DNA of 64,000 nucleotides from Mobula hypostoma (taxonomy: Eukaryota): assembly GCF_963921235.1 (NCBI RefSeq), contig NC_086097.1:6572001-6636000 (forward strand), written 5' to 3'. How positions within the stretch are numbered: the first letter of the stretch is position 1; the number at the start of each line of letters is the position of its first letter. Under the pieces are notes generated by a model. That model was not told where the DNA came from and did no database searches. It saw nothing but the letters and a program-made list of their open reading frames with translations. Position numbers and translations under genes: made by a program. This document shows, piece by piece, positions 26,670 through 40,437 of this stretch.

Positions 26670-27778
26670 TCCACTCGTGTGTTATGGAATTAGGAACTTC
26701 AAGGCTGGTTTCATAACATCAGCCAATGAATCATCTGAATACTTAATAACACTGACAACAAATTTTTTCGTTAAGTGTTGCTTCCTCAGACTGCTTGAAT
26801 ATGAACACAAATATAATTTCACACTACTTGTATCCCGTAATAATTGGAAAAACAAGTGAACGCTTATGGAACATATAATGTGCTTAATTGCACAATAATG
26901 CTGACACATTGCAATAGTTGAACTAAGCTAGATTTGTTGTTGATGATTTTCATTTGTACTCAGTGTCTGAGGCTTCTCGCTTAAGAGTCCAACAATAATC
27001 AGCCAGCATTGATGGATTCCAGTTTCTCCGTGACTGCAATGCCCTGGTGAAACCTTTCACCATGCTCATCACTGACAGCACCAAGATTTGCAGGGAAGAA
27101 GTCTAAATGGGAATGCAGAAAATGAATCTTTAGTGACATGTTGCACTTCATGATTTTGTATGCTCTAGGCATGTTGTCCACCAGCTGCATGTAGTTTGTT
27201 GCTCCGTAGTTGCCAAGAAAATTTTTCAGCAACATACTTGAATGCTTTTCAAGTGATTTTTTTCTGGTTCCACTAGAAGTTTATCGCATTGCCTGTCATT
27301 GATCACCTGTTTGATTTGTGGACCAACAAAAATGCCTTCCTAAATCTTTGCATCAGTTATTCGGACTTGAATTATGAATTGAAATAAAAAATATAGGTGA
27401 TTTCAAAAAAATGGTGTGTGATACCGAAATTTCATGGTGAATTTCATGATCAGCGGCCCAAAATCCATAAGACTCACTCAAAAGTATTTTATTTTCTTCA
27501 TAAAATTTTTCATATTCTAATATACGAATTAATCTAATCCATATGAATATAGAGTGAGGAATTTTATTAATGTGATTCAATATACGGTATCTGGTATTAT
27601 TATATTTTTTCTTTTGTTTTATAATATGTATTCTCTTGAACTGTGTATTCTTCTATATAGAAATCAATAAAAATATTGAAAAAGAAAAAGAAAAGTATAC
27701 TGGAAGCAAAATCTTTGTTAGTCATAGTCATAGCCATAGTCATACTTTACTATCCCGGGGGAAATTGGTTATCCAGCA
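26670..27778 (-). mobile_element. Internally deleted DNA transposon, probably Chapaev3 (CMC)
   Basis: MSLKIHFLHSHLDFFPANLGAVSDEHGERFHQ. Carries an L1 tail (27488-27690, TSD aaaagtat) and a Rex tail (27721-27767). Confidence 0.65.
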
Positions 27779-28019
27779 TTATCAGTTCATTCAATCATAA
27801 CCACTGGCCATGATCAGTATGAACAGCATTTATTCAACATTCTTAATTGCTTTTGATATGAGTGATGTATTAGGCCAATTAAGAAACAACGAGTCGATAT
27901 GCACTTGCAGGTTCCTGAAGCTTTGGGTTTGCTGAAGGTCATTATCGAATTTGATATATTTTACAACAAAAAAAAGCTACTAATGTTTGTTTATTTTATT
28001 CCAAAAGATATAATTATTA

Positions 28020-30195
28020 GAAACATAGAACCATAGAAAACCTACAGCACAATACAGCCCCTTCGGCCCACAAAGCTGTGCTGAACATGTCCTTACCTTA
28101 GAAATTACCCATAGCCCACTATTTCTCTGAGCTCTATATACCTGTCCAGGAGTCTCTTAAAGACCCTAATGTACCCTACTCCACCACCATTGCCAGCAGC
28201 CCATTCCACGCACTCACCACTCTCTGCTTTTACCCCTGACATCTCCTCTATATCTACTTCCAAGCACCTTAAAACTGTGCCCTCTCGTGTTAGCCATTTC
28301 AGCCCTGGGAAAAAGCCTCAGACTATCCACACGATCAATGCCTCTCATCATCTTATACACCTCTATCAGGTCACCTCTCACCCTCTGACGCTCTGAGGAG
28401 AAAAGGCCGACTTCACTCAACCTATTCTCATAAGGCATGCTCCCCAATCCAGGCAACATCCTTGTAAATCTCTTCTGCACCCTTTCTATGGTTTCCACAT
28501 CCTTCCTATAGTGTTGCGACCAGAGCTGAGCACAGTACTATACTCCAAGTAGGATCTGACCAGGGTCCTATATAGTTGCAACGTTACCTCTCGGCTCCTA
28601 AACTCCATCCCATGATTGATGAAGGCCCATGCACCATATGCTTTCTTAACCATAGAGTCAAACTGCGCAGCAGCTTTGAGTGTCCTATGGACTCGGACCC
28701 CAAGATCCCTCTGATCCTTCACACTGCCAAGAGTCTTACCATTAATGCTATATTCTGCCATCATATTTGACCTCCCAAAATGAACCATTTCACACTTATC
28801 TGGGTTGAACTCCATCTGCCACTTCTCAGCCTAGTTTTGCATCTTATCAATGTCCCGTTGTAACCTCTGACAGCCTTCCACACTATCCACAACACCCCCA
28901 ACCTTTGTGTCATTAGTAAATTTACTAACCCATCCCTTCACTTCCTCATCCAGATCATTTATAAAAATCATGAAGAGTACAGGTCCCAGAACAGATCCCT
29001 AAGACACACCACTGGTCACTGACATCCATGCAGAATATGACCCATCTACAACCACTCTTTGCCTTCTGTGGGCAAGCCAGTTCTGGATCCACAAAGCAAT
29101 GTCCCCTTGGATCCCATGCTTCCTTACTTTCTCAATAAGCCTTGCATGGGGTACCTTATCAAATGCCTTGCTGAAATCCATATACACTACATCTACTGCT
29201 CTTCCTTCATCAATGTGTTTAATCACATCCTCAAAAGATTCAATCAGGCTCGTAAGGCATGACCTGCCCTTGACAAAGCCATACTGACTATTCCTAATCA
29301 TATTATACCTCTCCAAATGTTCATAAATTCCTCTCAGGATCTCTCCATCAATTTACCAACCACTGAAGTAAGACTCACTGTTCTATAATTTCCTGGGCTA
29401 TCTCTACTCCCTTTCTTGAACAATGGAACAACATTCGCAACCCTCCAATCCTCCAGACCCTCTCCTGTCCCAATAAATGATGCAAAGATCATCACCAGAG
29501 GCTCAGCAATCTCCTCCCTTGCCTCCCACAGTAGCCTGGGGTACATCTCATCTGGTCCTGGTGATTTATCAAACTTGATGCTTTCCGAAAGCTCCAGAAC
29601 ATCATCTTTCTTAATATCTTCATGCTCAAGTTTTTCACTCTGCTGTAAGTCATCCCTACAATCGCCAAAACCTTTTCCATAGTGAATACTGAAGCTAAGT
29701 ACTTATTAATTACCTCTGTTATGTCCTCCGGTTCCATACATACATTTCCACTGTCACACTTGATTGGTCCTATTCTCTCATGTCTTATCCTTTTGCTCTT
29801 CACATATTTGTAGAATGCCTTGGGGTTTTCCTTAATTCTCTCGGCCAAGGCCTTCTCCTGGCCCCTTCTGGCTCCCCTAATTTCTTTCTTAAGCTACTTC
29901 CTGCTAGTTTTATAATCTTCTAGATCTCTATCATTACCTAGTTTTTTGAATCTTCCAGAAGCTCTTCTTTTCTTCTTGACTAGATTTACAACAGCCTTTG
30001 TACACCATGGTTTCTGTACCCTACCATCCTTTCCATCTCATTGGAACGTACCTATACAGAACTCCGCACAAATACCCCCTGAACATTTGCCACATTTCTT
30101 CTGTACATTTTCCTAACAACATCTGTTTCCAATTTATACTTCCAAGTTCCTGCCTAATAGCTTCATATTTTCCCTTATTTCAATTAGATGCTTTT
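28020..30195 (-). mobile_element. CR1 ORF2, 2.2-kb 3' portion
   Basis: Consecutive ORFs ENPKAFYKYVK, NYRTVSLTSVVGK, MDFSKAFDKVPH, MEFNPDKC, ERVQKRFTRM; (ttctatg) tail. Confidence 0.93.
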
Positions 30196-30362
30196 GTGAG
30201 ATTTGAAATGTCCATTGATTATAAATCCACATCTCTACATTGTTTTATCAGTAATTTAATTGCGACGCTCCTGAGGCGACCTACAATCTATGCTCAAATT
30301 TCTCATTATCTTATACTTTTGTGAAAATGCAGCAACTCGCTCAGAAACTCAGTGCCATAGCA

Positions 30363-31516
30363 CAGTGGTCCCCTACCACCGGGCTGCGGACTGGTACTGA
30401 GCCACAAAGCATGTGCTACCGGGCTGCGAGGAAACGATATGAAACGATATGAGTCAGCTGCACCTTACCTCATTCCCTGTCATGCCTACTGTTGAACTTG
30501 AACGCACGCGAGGTCATCAGTGACCCGAGATGCAAATGACCCAAGACGTGCAAAGGATTGGATCCTTGACCCACTTGTGAATATTCCCAGTGAATCATCC
30601 ATGTCAGTCCAGGAAAAAAGATCAACTCCTCGAGCCTGCAAATGATGGCCGGCTGAAAAGTATGTTTGATATAACATCTCTTCCAGCATTCTGGATCAAA
30701 GTCAAGGCTGAATATCCTGAGATAGCCATGAAAGCACTGAAAACGTTGCTTCCATTTCCAACATATCTCTGCAATGAATGCAACGAAAACTAAATTGCAG
30801 AATAGACTGGACATAAGGAACCCCCTTCGAGTATTGTTGTCTCCCATCACCCTTCGATGGGACCATCTTGTTGCTGGAAAACAAGCCCAGGGCTCCCACT
30901 GATTCAGCAATATTGGTGTGTTGCAATGATTTTCTATGTTCATATGAGGAAAATATGCGCTGTGTGCTTAATATCCAAACGTTACTTAAAATGTTATGAT
31001 ACTATTGACTTTTAAGTGACTTATAATTCAGTGGTCTCCAACCTCCGTGCTGCAGACCGATACCGGGCCGCGAAGAATGCAGCCCGAAATAAACAAGCTA
31101 ATTAATTAGGTGCCACCTCTGATCTGGGGTGACATTTACATGCCGGGTGGCACCTAATTAATTAGCTTTTTTCTTTTGGCTTTTTTCTGAAAGGTGTGCT
31201 GGGTGCGTCCCGGCCACTGCTACATTCTTCGCGGCAATGTATCGGTCAGTAGCCCAGAGGTTGAAGACCACTGTTATAATTGATTTATCATTATATTCAT
31301 GCGAGGAAAATATGCACTGTGTGTTTAATATTAAATTCGTTAGACAAACCCTTTTAGAAATGAAATTGAGTGTATTAGCCACTTATAAGTGATTTATAGT
31401 TGATTTATCACCTAGATTCCGGTCGTAATAACATCCCCCCTCCCCCGGTCGGCCAGTCCGCAAGAATATTGTCAATATTAAACCGGTCCGCGGTGCAGAA
31501 AATGGTGGGACCCCTG
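30363..31516 (+). mobile_element. hAT-Charlie/Buster-type non-autonomous DNA transposon
   Basis: Termini cagtggtcccc...gggacccctg; 8-bp TSD ccatagca (30355-30362, 31517-31524); dimerisation-domain remnant FWIKVKAEYPEIAMKALKTLLPFPTYLC. Confidence 0.9.
31029..31273. mobile_element. hAT MITE nested in the Charlie element
   Basis: TIR cagtggtctccaacctc / gaggttgaagaccactg; 8-bp TSD ttataatt (31021-31028, 31274-31281). Confidence 0.9.
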
Positions 31517-31556
31517 CCATAGCAGATCAGGGCAGTAACTCAGGATACCGGGGCGT

Positions 31557-31860
31557 CAGAGTGGCATAGCAGTTAGTGTAACGCTATTCCAGCTCAGGGC
31601 ACTCTGGAGTTTGGAGTTCAATTCCCTCTGCTGTCTGTAAGGAGTTTGTACATTCTCCCCATGACTGCACAGGTTTCCTCCAGATGCTCCAGTTTTCTCC
31701 TGAAAGCCAAAGACATACCAGTTAGTAGGTTCATTGGTTATTGTGAATTGCCCTGTGATTCGGTTAGGGTTAAATAAGTAGGTTTTTGGGTGGTGCAGCT
31801 CAGTGAAACGGAAGGGCCTGTTCTGTGTAATAAATAAATAAATAAATAAATATTTATGTA
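31557..31860 (+). mobile_element. V-SINE
   Basis: tRNA-like head, V-domain, (taaa)n tail; an opposite-strand copy follows at about 31940-32155. Confidence 0.8.
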
Positions 31861-32439
31861 CTGTACATACATACGTATAGGGTTTATTATCAAGACAGAT
31901 TCAGAGCCTATTGTTAGCTGCCAAATAGGTGAGGTTGAAAGTATTTATTTATTTACACAGCATGGAAAAGGGTGATTTAATCGTAGACTAAACATCGGAT
32001 GATTTACAATCACTAATTAATCTACCAACCAGTACGTCTTTGGACTGTGGGAGAAACCAGAGCACCTGGAGAAAACCCACGTGGGTACGGGAGGATTTAC
32101 AAACTCCTTACAGGACAGTAGTGAGAATTGAACCCGGGTCACTGCATTGTGCTGCCCCAGTTCTTCTCTGCCTTGCTACACACAATTCTGGCCAAAGAAT
32201 CCTACTTCCAATGATCATTGTTAGCGCAGCATGCAACCTCCCTGGTAGAATACCATGGTTCTATGTTTCAAACACCATTCTGAAAACCTTGATTGCATAG
32301 CATAAAACAAAATTGAAATAAGTCGGAAAGAATTCTGGAACTTCATTAATAATTTAGGTAGAGAGGAATAAAAAGGATACTATGTAGAATTCTTCATAGT
32401 TTTACAAGAATAAGATTAATGTAAAATCTTGTATAACTC

Positions 32440-34420
32440 ATAGGGAGCCAACAAAAGAGAGGGCATACAACAAAGCAAAAATTAGTAGGAAGACAGAGGA
32501 TTGGGAAGTTTTTAAAAACCTACAGAGAGCAACTAAAAGAATCATTAGAAGGGAAAAGAGAAAATATGAAAGCAAGCTAGCAAACAATATCAAAGTGGAA
32601 AGCAAAAGCTTTTTCAAGTATGTAAAAAGTAAAAGAGAGATGAGGACTGCTAGAAAATAAAGCAGGAGAAATAATGGGAGACAAGGAGATGGCAGATGAA
32701 CTAAATGAGTATTTTGCATCAGTCTTCACTGTGGAAGACACTAGCAATGTGCCAGATGTTGTAGTGTGTGAAGGAAGAGAAGTGGGTGCAGTTATTATTA
32801 CAAGGGAGAAGGTGCTCAAAAGGCTAAGAGACCTAAAGGTACATAAGTCACCCAGACCAGATGAACTGTATCAAAGGGTTCTGAAAGAGGTAGCATTATA
32901 AATTGTGGTGGCATTAGAAATGATCTTTCAGAAATCATTGGATCCTGGCATGGTGCCAGAGAACTGGAAAATTGCAAATGTCACTCCACTCTTTAAGAAA
33001 GGAGGAAGGCAGCAGAAAAGAAATTATAGACCAGTTAGCCTGAACTCAGTGGTTGGGAAGATGTTAGTCAATTGTTAAGGATGAGGTGATGGAGTACTTG
33101 GTGACAGAGGACAAAGTAGGACAAAGTCAGCATGGATTCCTTAAGGGAAAATCCTGTCTGATAAACCTGTCGGAATTCCTTGAGGAGATTACAAGTAGGA
33201 TAGATAAAGGGGATGCAGTGGATGTTCTATATTTGGACTTTCAGAAGGCCTTTGACGAAGTGTCACACATGAGGCTGCTTACCAAGTTAAGAGACCATGG
33301 TATTACAGGAAAGTTACTACCATGGTTAGAGCTTTCACTGATTGGTAGGAGACAGTGAGCAGGAATAAAAGGATCCTTGTCTGGTTGGCTGCCAGTGACT
33401 AGTGGTGTTCCGCAGGGGTCAGTATTGGGACAACTTACTTTTATGCTGTTTATCAATGATTTGTGATGAAATAGATGACTTTGTTGCCAAGTTTGCAGAT
33501 GATATGAAGATTGGCGGAGTGGCAGGTAGTGTTGAGGAAACAGGTAGGATGCAGAAGGACTTAGACAAATTAGGAGAATGGGCAAGAAAGTGGCAAATGA
33601 AATACAGTGTTGGAGGATGCATGGTCATGCACCTTGATAGTGGAAATAAATATGCAGACTATTTTCTAAATGGGGAGAAAATCGAAAAATCTGAGATGCA
33701 AGGGGACTTGGGAGTCCTTGTGCTGAACACCCTAAAGGTTAGCTTTCAGGTTGACTCGGTGGTGAGGAAGGAATTGCAATGCTAGCATTCATCTTAAGAA
33801 GTCTGGAATACAAGAGCAGGATGTGATGCTGAGGCTTTGTAAAGCATTGGTGAGGCTTCACCTTGAGTATTTTGTACAGTTTTGGGCTCCTCATCTTAGA
33901 AGAGATGTGCTGGCATTGGTGAGGGCTCAGAGGAGGTTCACAGAGATGATTCCAGGAATGAAAGGGTTATCATAACGAGGAATGTTTGATGGCTCTTGGT
34001 CTGTACTCACTGGAATTTAGGAGGATGAGGGGGGATCTCATTGAAACCTTTTGTATATTGAAAGGTCTAGACAGAGTAGGTATGGAAAGGATGTTTCCTA
34101 TCATAGGAGAGTCTAGGACAAGAAAACACTGCTTCAGGATAGAGGGGCGTCCATTTAAAATAGAGATGCAGAGAACTTTCTTTAGCCATAGGGTGGTGAA
34201 TTTGTGGAAGTTATTACCACAGGCAGCTGTGGAAGCCAGATTGTTGGGTGTATTTAAGGCAGAGCTTGATAGGTTCTTGATTGGACACAGCATCAAAGGT
34301 TATGGGGAGAAGGCCGGTAAATGGGGTTGAGGAGGAGGAAACAAAAGGATCAGCCATGATTGAATGGCAGAGCATACTAGATTGGCCAAATGGCCTAATT
34401 CTGCTCCTATGTCTTATGGG
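32440..34420 (+). mobile_element. CR1 ORF2, 2-kb 3' portion
   Basis: LNEYFASVFT, QHGFLKGKSCL, DFQKAFD, KFADDMK, LGLYSLEFRRMRGDLIE. Confidence 0.93.
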
Positions 34421-35089
34421 CTTATGGTAATTTTTTCCTCCGACAGGTAATCTGCAGTATCAAGGGCAGCCTAGAAAACTCCATTGATATTATCGATTGT
34501 AGGGCTACTGAGAGCGTAGTAAACCATTTAGAGCGGTGATTTCTTGAAGCCTCGATTTCTGTAGAGCACCACTGAAGTGTGGAACGAAAAGTGTACATTT
34601 TCTTTAAAGTAAAGAAAGCATTCATGTAACCATGAAAAAAAATCCTTTTGATAACTTTCATTTGATCTGATCTGAAGTTCAATTGCTCCTCTATCCTTTC
34701 CCCTGTTATGGAATTATATGTGAATCCTCCAGCTAGTACCCAAACAAATTTAATATTTAATTCTTTTTCATTCATATGCCAGTGGAACCAATACTCTGAG
34801 ACGTCATTTTTTCAGCCCTATTACATTTAAGCAAATAATTATTTTACTAGAAAAGTATGATTGACTAAAAATTCCATTTCCTTTCTCAAGAAAATATTTA
34901 CTGTCAAAAAGGAATTAATGATAACAGTTATTGCTGCTCACTGGTTTTGATTCAGGAAGCTTCAGCTTTCATTTCAGTTTTGCAAAATGGCCATCATTGT
35001 TTTTGTTTTGTCCTCTCGTTGGTGAATCTTCCATTTGCACATGAAAACAAAGCACTCACCCACTTACACCCGTCCTTATCTCCAATTTT

Positions 35090-36200
35090 AGTTCAAGTTT
35101 CTAGTTGAAGTTCAAGTTCACGTTTAATTGCCCTTCAGCAAGATTGATACTTGTCCATCGTGTCTGACGATGACAGGAACCCTGTGTGGGAGAGTTTTTA
35201 AAGTGAAGAGGCTGTTGCACTAGGGCAGTTCAGCTCTCTTGACCTCAGAAGTTTGGGTTGAGTGGTACAAACAAACGTCACAAGCGGGGTCTTCCTTAGT
35301 TGCAGTGGATAACCATGAAGTTTTCAGTACCTCGTCATGCCCTTCACTCTCCAGGCAGCATTGCAGAACCACTTTCTTGGTCGTTGGATCTCATTGTCGA
35401 TCTCATCCACCCAGTCTACTGGAGCTGACTTTACAAGCTAGGACAGGCATGTCCCTATCTCACCAGGGGTGTGAGGCCACCAGCTATCCTCACGGGTTTG
35501 GCCCACCTGTTGAAGCGGTGTAGCAGGGTGCAGCTGCCGTCACTTGTAAACAGCTACTTGGAGCCACAGGTGAGAGCTGAGTGTCCAGTGGGGACCAAAG
35601 GTGAGTGCTGCCCTAGAATGGACATGACAAGCCCCTTCACCACAGGTTCTCCCCACCATGGACTCCCTGCCTCCATCAGTAGAGCTGGGCTACAACCTAA
35701 GACTCAATTGTGTTCCGAGAGATCCATCATTGGAAGTTTAGCTATACAGCTAAATGAAACAGTGTTCCTCTGAGGTCAAGGTACAAAACACAATACATAC
35801 AGTCACACATAACGTAATTATGACAGCACCTACAGACACAAAAAAGTATTAGCTCAAGTTTCTGAGTAACATGGCTTGTAGGTTGATGGTGCACAGGATG
35901 TTGTCCCGGAGCCATGTTTCCACAAGAACAAGCACACAGCAGTTCCTCATCTCACACCAAGTCAGCCGCAGATAAAGGTAATCCAGCTTATCTTCCGGGA
36001 GTGAACGCAGAAGAGTGACACCAATGGGAGAGGGGTGGTCGGTTCCCAAACTAAAACAGATCCTGGTGTGTCTGCTATGCCTTCGTTCTTTACCACATCA
36101 CCTCTGGTGCCTCCTCCCCTGGGTGGCTGTGTAGTACAGATGGATTTAACTCTTGGAACTCTTGGAGTTTCACCAGAGGCCTATGGTAGTTCAAGAAGAT
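35090..36200 (-). mobile_element. Internally deleted Rex1/Babar-type element
   Basis: (ttcaag)n tail at 35090-35125 and endonuclease N-terminus DKLDYL...RNCCVLVLVETWL at 35849..36049. Confidence 0.6.
35140..35650 (-). mobile_element. Non-coding short element, probably RTE-derived
   Basis: Shares end motif tccatc...gatga and ttgcagtg motif with 45861-46350. Confidence 0.45.
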
Positions 36201-36704
36201 GGCTCACCCTCACTTTCTCTGGGGGAATGTGGAATGGACAATAACTGCCGGCCTTGCCAGGATCACCCAGATCTCTAGAAAAAAACAGGGAACTGGAGAG
36301 TGCAGAGAAAAGTTACTAACGATTATAGTTATCTCAAGTGACTGAGACTGAGACTGCTTTCTTAGTAGCAAACCAGAACGAGGAGATCATAGAATCACAG
36401 GAGATGCATGACATAGAAAGAGGCCACTTTTCCCACTGTGTTTATGCAATCAGAAGAGGTACATCCCATGTTTTGGACAATGTCTCATGCACCAGCAATC
36501 TGCAGGCCATGCCACTCAGGAACTTGTGCTAATATTTATTTTGTTATTTTAGGTGCTATCATAACTCTGTACCGTGCGCTGTGCGTGACTGTATCCAATG
36601 TGGTTTTGCACTTTGGCCATAGAGGAACACAGTTTTGTTTAGCCGTACACCTGTGTATAGTTGAATGACATTAAACTTGAACTAATATAATGCTCGAGCA
36701 CTTT

Positions 36705-37345
36705 TATTTATTGAGATACAGTGTGGAATAGGCCCTTCTGTCCCTTTTCAGCCTTGCCACCCAGCAACCCCTTGATTTAATCCTAGCCTAATTCAAGCAG
36801 ATGGAGCTCATCAGCTCTGTGTGGCAACTCATCTAGGAGAAGGAAATCTCTGATTTCAAACCTCTGCAGTCTTGCAGCTGTACGCACTCATGGGAGAAGC
36901 TTTAGGAGTAAACCCTGAGGAAAAAAAATCCAGAGCTGGAGTCCCTAAGGCAGTCCTACATTGAGTTCAATGCTGACTGGCAACTCCTGTAACACTGCTG
37001 GTACCAATCTGCATCGGTCTCTGCCGTTCCTTTGGGTTCATCAGATGGGTAGAGAGGAGGAGTTTTCTACATGGGCAACAGCTTGTTCTGAATATCAAAC
37101 TAGCCAGGCTTGCACATCTAGACAAGCCAGGATGCAACATCCATGGTCGACCCTGACCGACAGATGCCTTACTGACTCAATCACAAGACAATTTACAATG
37201 ACCTACCAACCGGTAGCTCATTGGACAGTGGGAGGGAACTGGAGCACCCAGAGGAAACCCACGCGGTCATGGGGAGAATATACAAACTCCTTACAGGCAG
37301 GAAATTGAACCCGGGTTGCTGGCACTGTAAGGCACGGTACTAACC
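36705..37345 (-). mobile_element. V-SINE interrupted by a short element (36796-37175, +)
   Basis: SINE halves rejoin at cctaat|cacaagacaattt; insert is collinear with 47090-47390. Confidence 0.8.
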
Positions 37346-38316
37346 ACAGTGCTGCCCACACCCCCTTCTAATCTAATTACTGTAAATGTGTGACCCTCTG
37401 CTGACGGAAAATTGCCTTTGAATTTTTTTAGTCTAAGCCCCTTATTATTCCATACATCTTTATGTCTGACCTCCTCCCCCCGAAAAAAAACACCAGCTTA
37501 TCTAATTTTCTCTCTCACCAATAATTTTCAGGTTCTGACTACACCATAAATGTCCTGTGCAGCCACTCCAGTGTGGACCAGAAGAGCACACATTGTTCGA
37601 GTTATAGGCTAATAAAGGTTCCAGCCTAACCTTTTTTGTCTGATTAACTGAAGGGAAGCCTTTACAATCACTCTATCTGCCTCAGTTGCTACCTTCAATG
37701 ACCCAAAGTCACTCTGTTTATTCACACTCTCAATATTCTTCCACTTATCACACGTTGCCTTGCTTTGTTGTACATTACTTCACTTCTTTGAATTCAATTC
37801 TGTTGGCTACATTTCTGGCAAGCTGACCAAACCATTTAGAACAGGGCTTCCTGACCTAGGGTCCATAGCTCCCTTGCTGAATGGCAGTGATCCATGGCAT
37901 AAAAACAGTTGGGAACCCTGGGGTTAGACACTAACCCATTAATCAAAGGAGAGTCAAAGTGGAAGTATTAAGGAAAGATCATGTTTGAAAAAAAAGATTG
38001 ATTTTTTTCAGAAATAAACAAAGGAAGATTGATGAAGATATACATTCAATGTAGTCTACATTGATTTCTGCAGGGCCTTTTACCAGGCCCCGCGAGGCAA
38101 TCTGGTCCAAAAGGGTCTATGGAACTCAAAGGGAAAGAGCTAATTGGATTTTAAATTGTCTTAATGGTCGGAATCAAAGGGAAATAATTGAAGGGTGTTT
38201 TGTGACAGGAAAAGTATAAAAGGTTCAGCAAGGCTCAGTATTTCATTCCTTGCTTTTGATTTCTACTTGCATGCAAGGGTCATGATATTTCAAATAAAAC
38301 AGAAATATACCTCGCA

Positions 38317-39132
38317 GTCATCAAAGTTCAAGTTTAATTGTTATTCAACCATACACATGAATATAACCAAATGAAACAGTGGTCCTCTGGGGCCAAGGTG
38401 CAATAGTCACCCACAGCACATACAGTACATATGATTATAAAAGCAGAAAAAACATAATTACAAAAAAAATAAAAATAACAATATAGCCCAAGTCCCTGAA
38501 CGTCATGGCCTGGAGATTGGTGGTGCATGGATGTTGTCTTAAAGCCACGTTTCTGCAGGACCAAGCCTGCAGCAGTCCTTCATACTGTGCAGTGCAGCTG
38601 CAGATGAACACGGTACGGCTTGTCTTCCACTGAACACTGGAGGGTAGCACTGACGGGAGGGCCCAGCACGGAATCCAGCAGCACACAGCCAGCTGTGCTG
38701 TCTCCTTCCTCAGTGGCTGCAATAGGCATGAATAGTCTGGTCCACGTTACAACTGAGGTCATGCAGCTCCCCCGCCATCGGTCTCGCCAACAAACTAGTG
38801 AATCTGAGCCGCAGTATTGCACATTACCAATGTGCACCAGGGTCTTGTAATCTTAACAAAAAACACACAAGACAATCACCCGCACCATCCGTTCGATCAT
38901 GCAATGCCTTTGCATACTGTCACCGGTGAATTCTTCCCTGGACGCACCATGGTGCACAACAAGTCCAACTCCATCGCTATCCAACAATTTGCCAGTGGGG
39001 TAGACCTGCAGTATCGATGGTCCTGATAACCAGCAGCACCTTACAACTGTGAAAAAGATGAAAAGGATGAACAATTACATACTTGGTTGGATGCAGAAAG
39101 GCCACTGCCTCGGAGCACACCCCCATCTTACC
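38317..39132 (-). mobile_element. Non-autonomous Rex-type element
   Basis: Same aaacttgaac tail and subterminal block as 17860-17945; minus-strand start gtaagatgg. Confidence 0.55.
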
Positions 39133-39324
39133 AGAAGTTGAAAGAAGAGGAATGTTTGCTCCTCAGGAGCAGCTGATATGTGTTAAATTATGGGAGTTTT
39201 AGAAAGAGGATAACAGGAGGAATTTATTTTTCATAGCAGACGGATCTATAACCAGGAGGCACAGATTTAATTGGTTGGAGGATTCAACGGAGTAATATAA
39301 GGAAATATATTTTTACTCATCGAG

Positions 39325-39935
39325 GAGTCAGCGGTGGAAAGGATGAGAAATTTCAAGTACCTGGGCGCCAACATCTCAGTGGATCTATCCTGGGCCCAAC
39401 ACACTGACGCAATAATGAAGAGGCTAGACTTCATTGAGAGTTTGAGGAGATTTGGTATGTCACCAAAGATGCTTGCAGATTTCTACAGATTTACCCTGGA
39501 AAGAATTCTAACTTCTGCATCACTGTCTGGTATGGCAGGGACAATGCACAGGATCGAGAAAAGCAGCAAAGGGTTGTGGACTCATAGAGGATATCTCCAA
39601 AGGGCCATGGGTTAAGAGGGTGGAAAGAAGGACCCTTACCGTCCAGGACTTGCCTCTCATTGCTACAATGGGGAATGTGGTACAGGGGATTTGCCCGAAG
39701 ATGCACAGTCGACACTTCAGCAACAGCTTCTTCATCTCTGTCCGATTTCTGAACGGTCTATGAAATTATGAACACTGCCTCACTATTTTACATTCTTTAT
39801 GCACTTTTTATTTATTCACATGTTTTTGGTATTGTAACATAGTATCTTTTAAATATCTTACTTGTACTACTGCAACAAATGAATAAATTTCATAGCATAT
39901 GTCAGTGATAATGAACACGATTCTGATTCTGAATC
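39325..39935 (+). mobile_element. Rex1/Babar 3' fragment
   Basis: FKYLGANISVDLSW...LRRFGMSPKMLADFYR; (gattct)n tail. Confidence 0.85.
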
Positions 39936-40239
39936 ACTGACTAATGTTGATCTGAAACTCACTACCTTCAAAACTGATAGAATTGAAGGGACAAATTTAG
40001 AAAAGTATCCAGGTAATCACTTTAAGAACTTTAATTTACACGTTTACTATTTCCCTGTGCTGCGTACTGCATGCACATTGAATTATATTTTATTAGTTTA
40101 TTTGAGATAATATTTTGTTTTCTGTACTGTGTGTGATGAATGCCTTGTGGGTGCACTGTAGTCTGGAGGAACATTGTGTAGTTTGGTTGTATATATGTAC
40201 AGGCAGATGACAATAAATTGAAATTGAACTTGAACTTAA

Positions 40240-40437
40240 GTTCTGCTGCCATCTGTAAGGAGTTTGTATGTTCTCCCTGTGACTGCATGGGTTTCCTCCG
40301 GGTGCTTCAGTTTCCTCCCACATTCCAAGGACACACTGGTTATAGGTTAATTGGTCATTGGGTTAAAAATGTGGGTTGCTGGATGGCACAGTTTATTGGG
40401 CCAGAAGGGCCTGTACTGCGCTGTATCTTTAAATAAA
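40240..40437 (+). mobile_element. V-SINE partial
   Basis: tgtaaggagtttgtatgttctccc...gaagggcctg; preceded by a Rex tail at 40030-40240. Confidence 0.75.

Noticed and set aside
30590..30793. Domesticated ZBED5/Buster-type host gene exon
   Set aside because: Short disrupted remnant inside a TIR- and TSD-bounded non-autonomous transposon.
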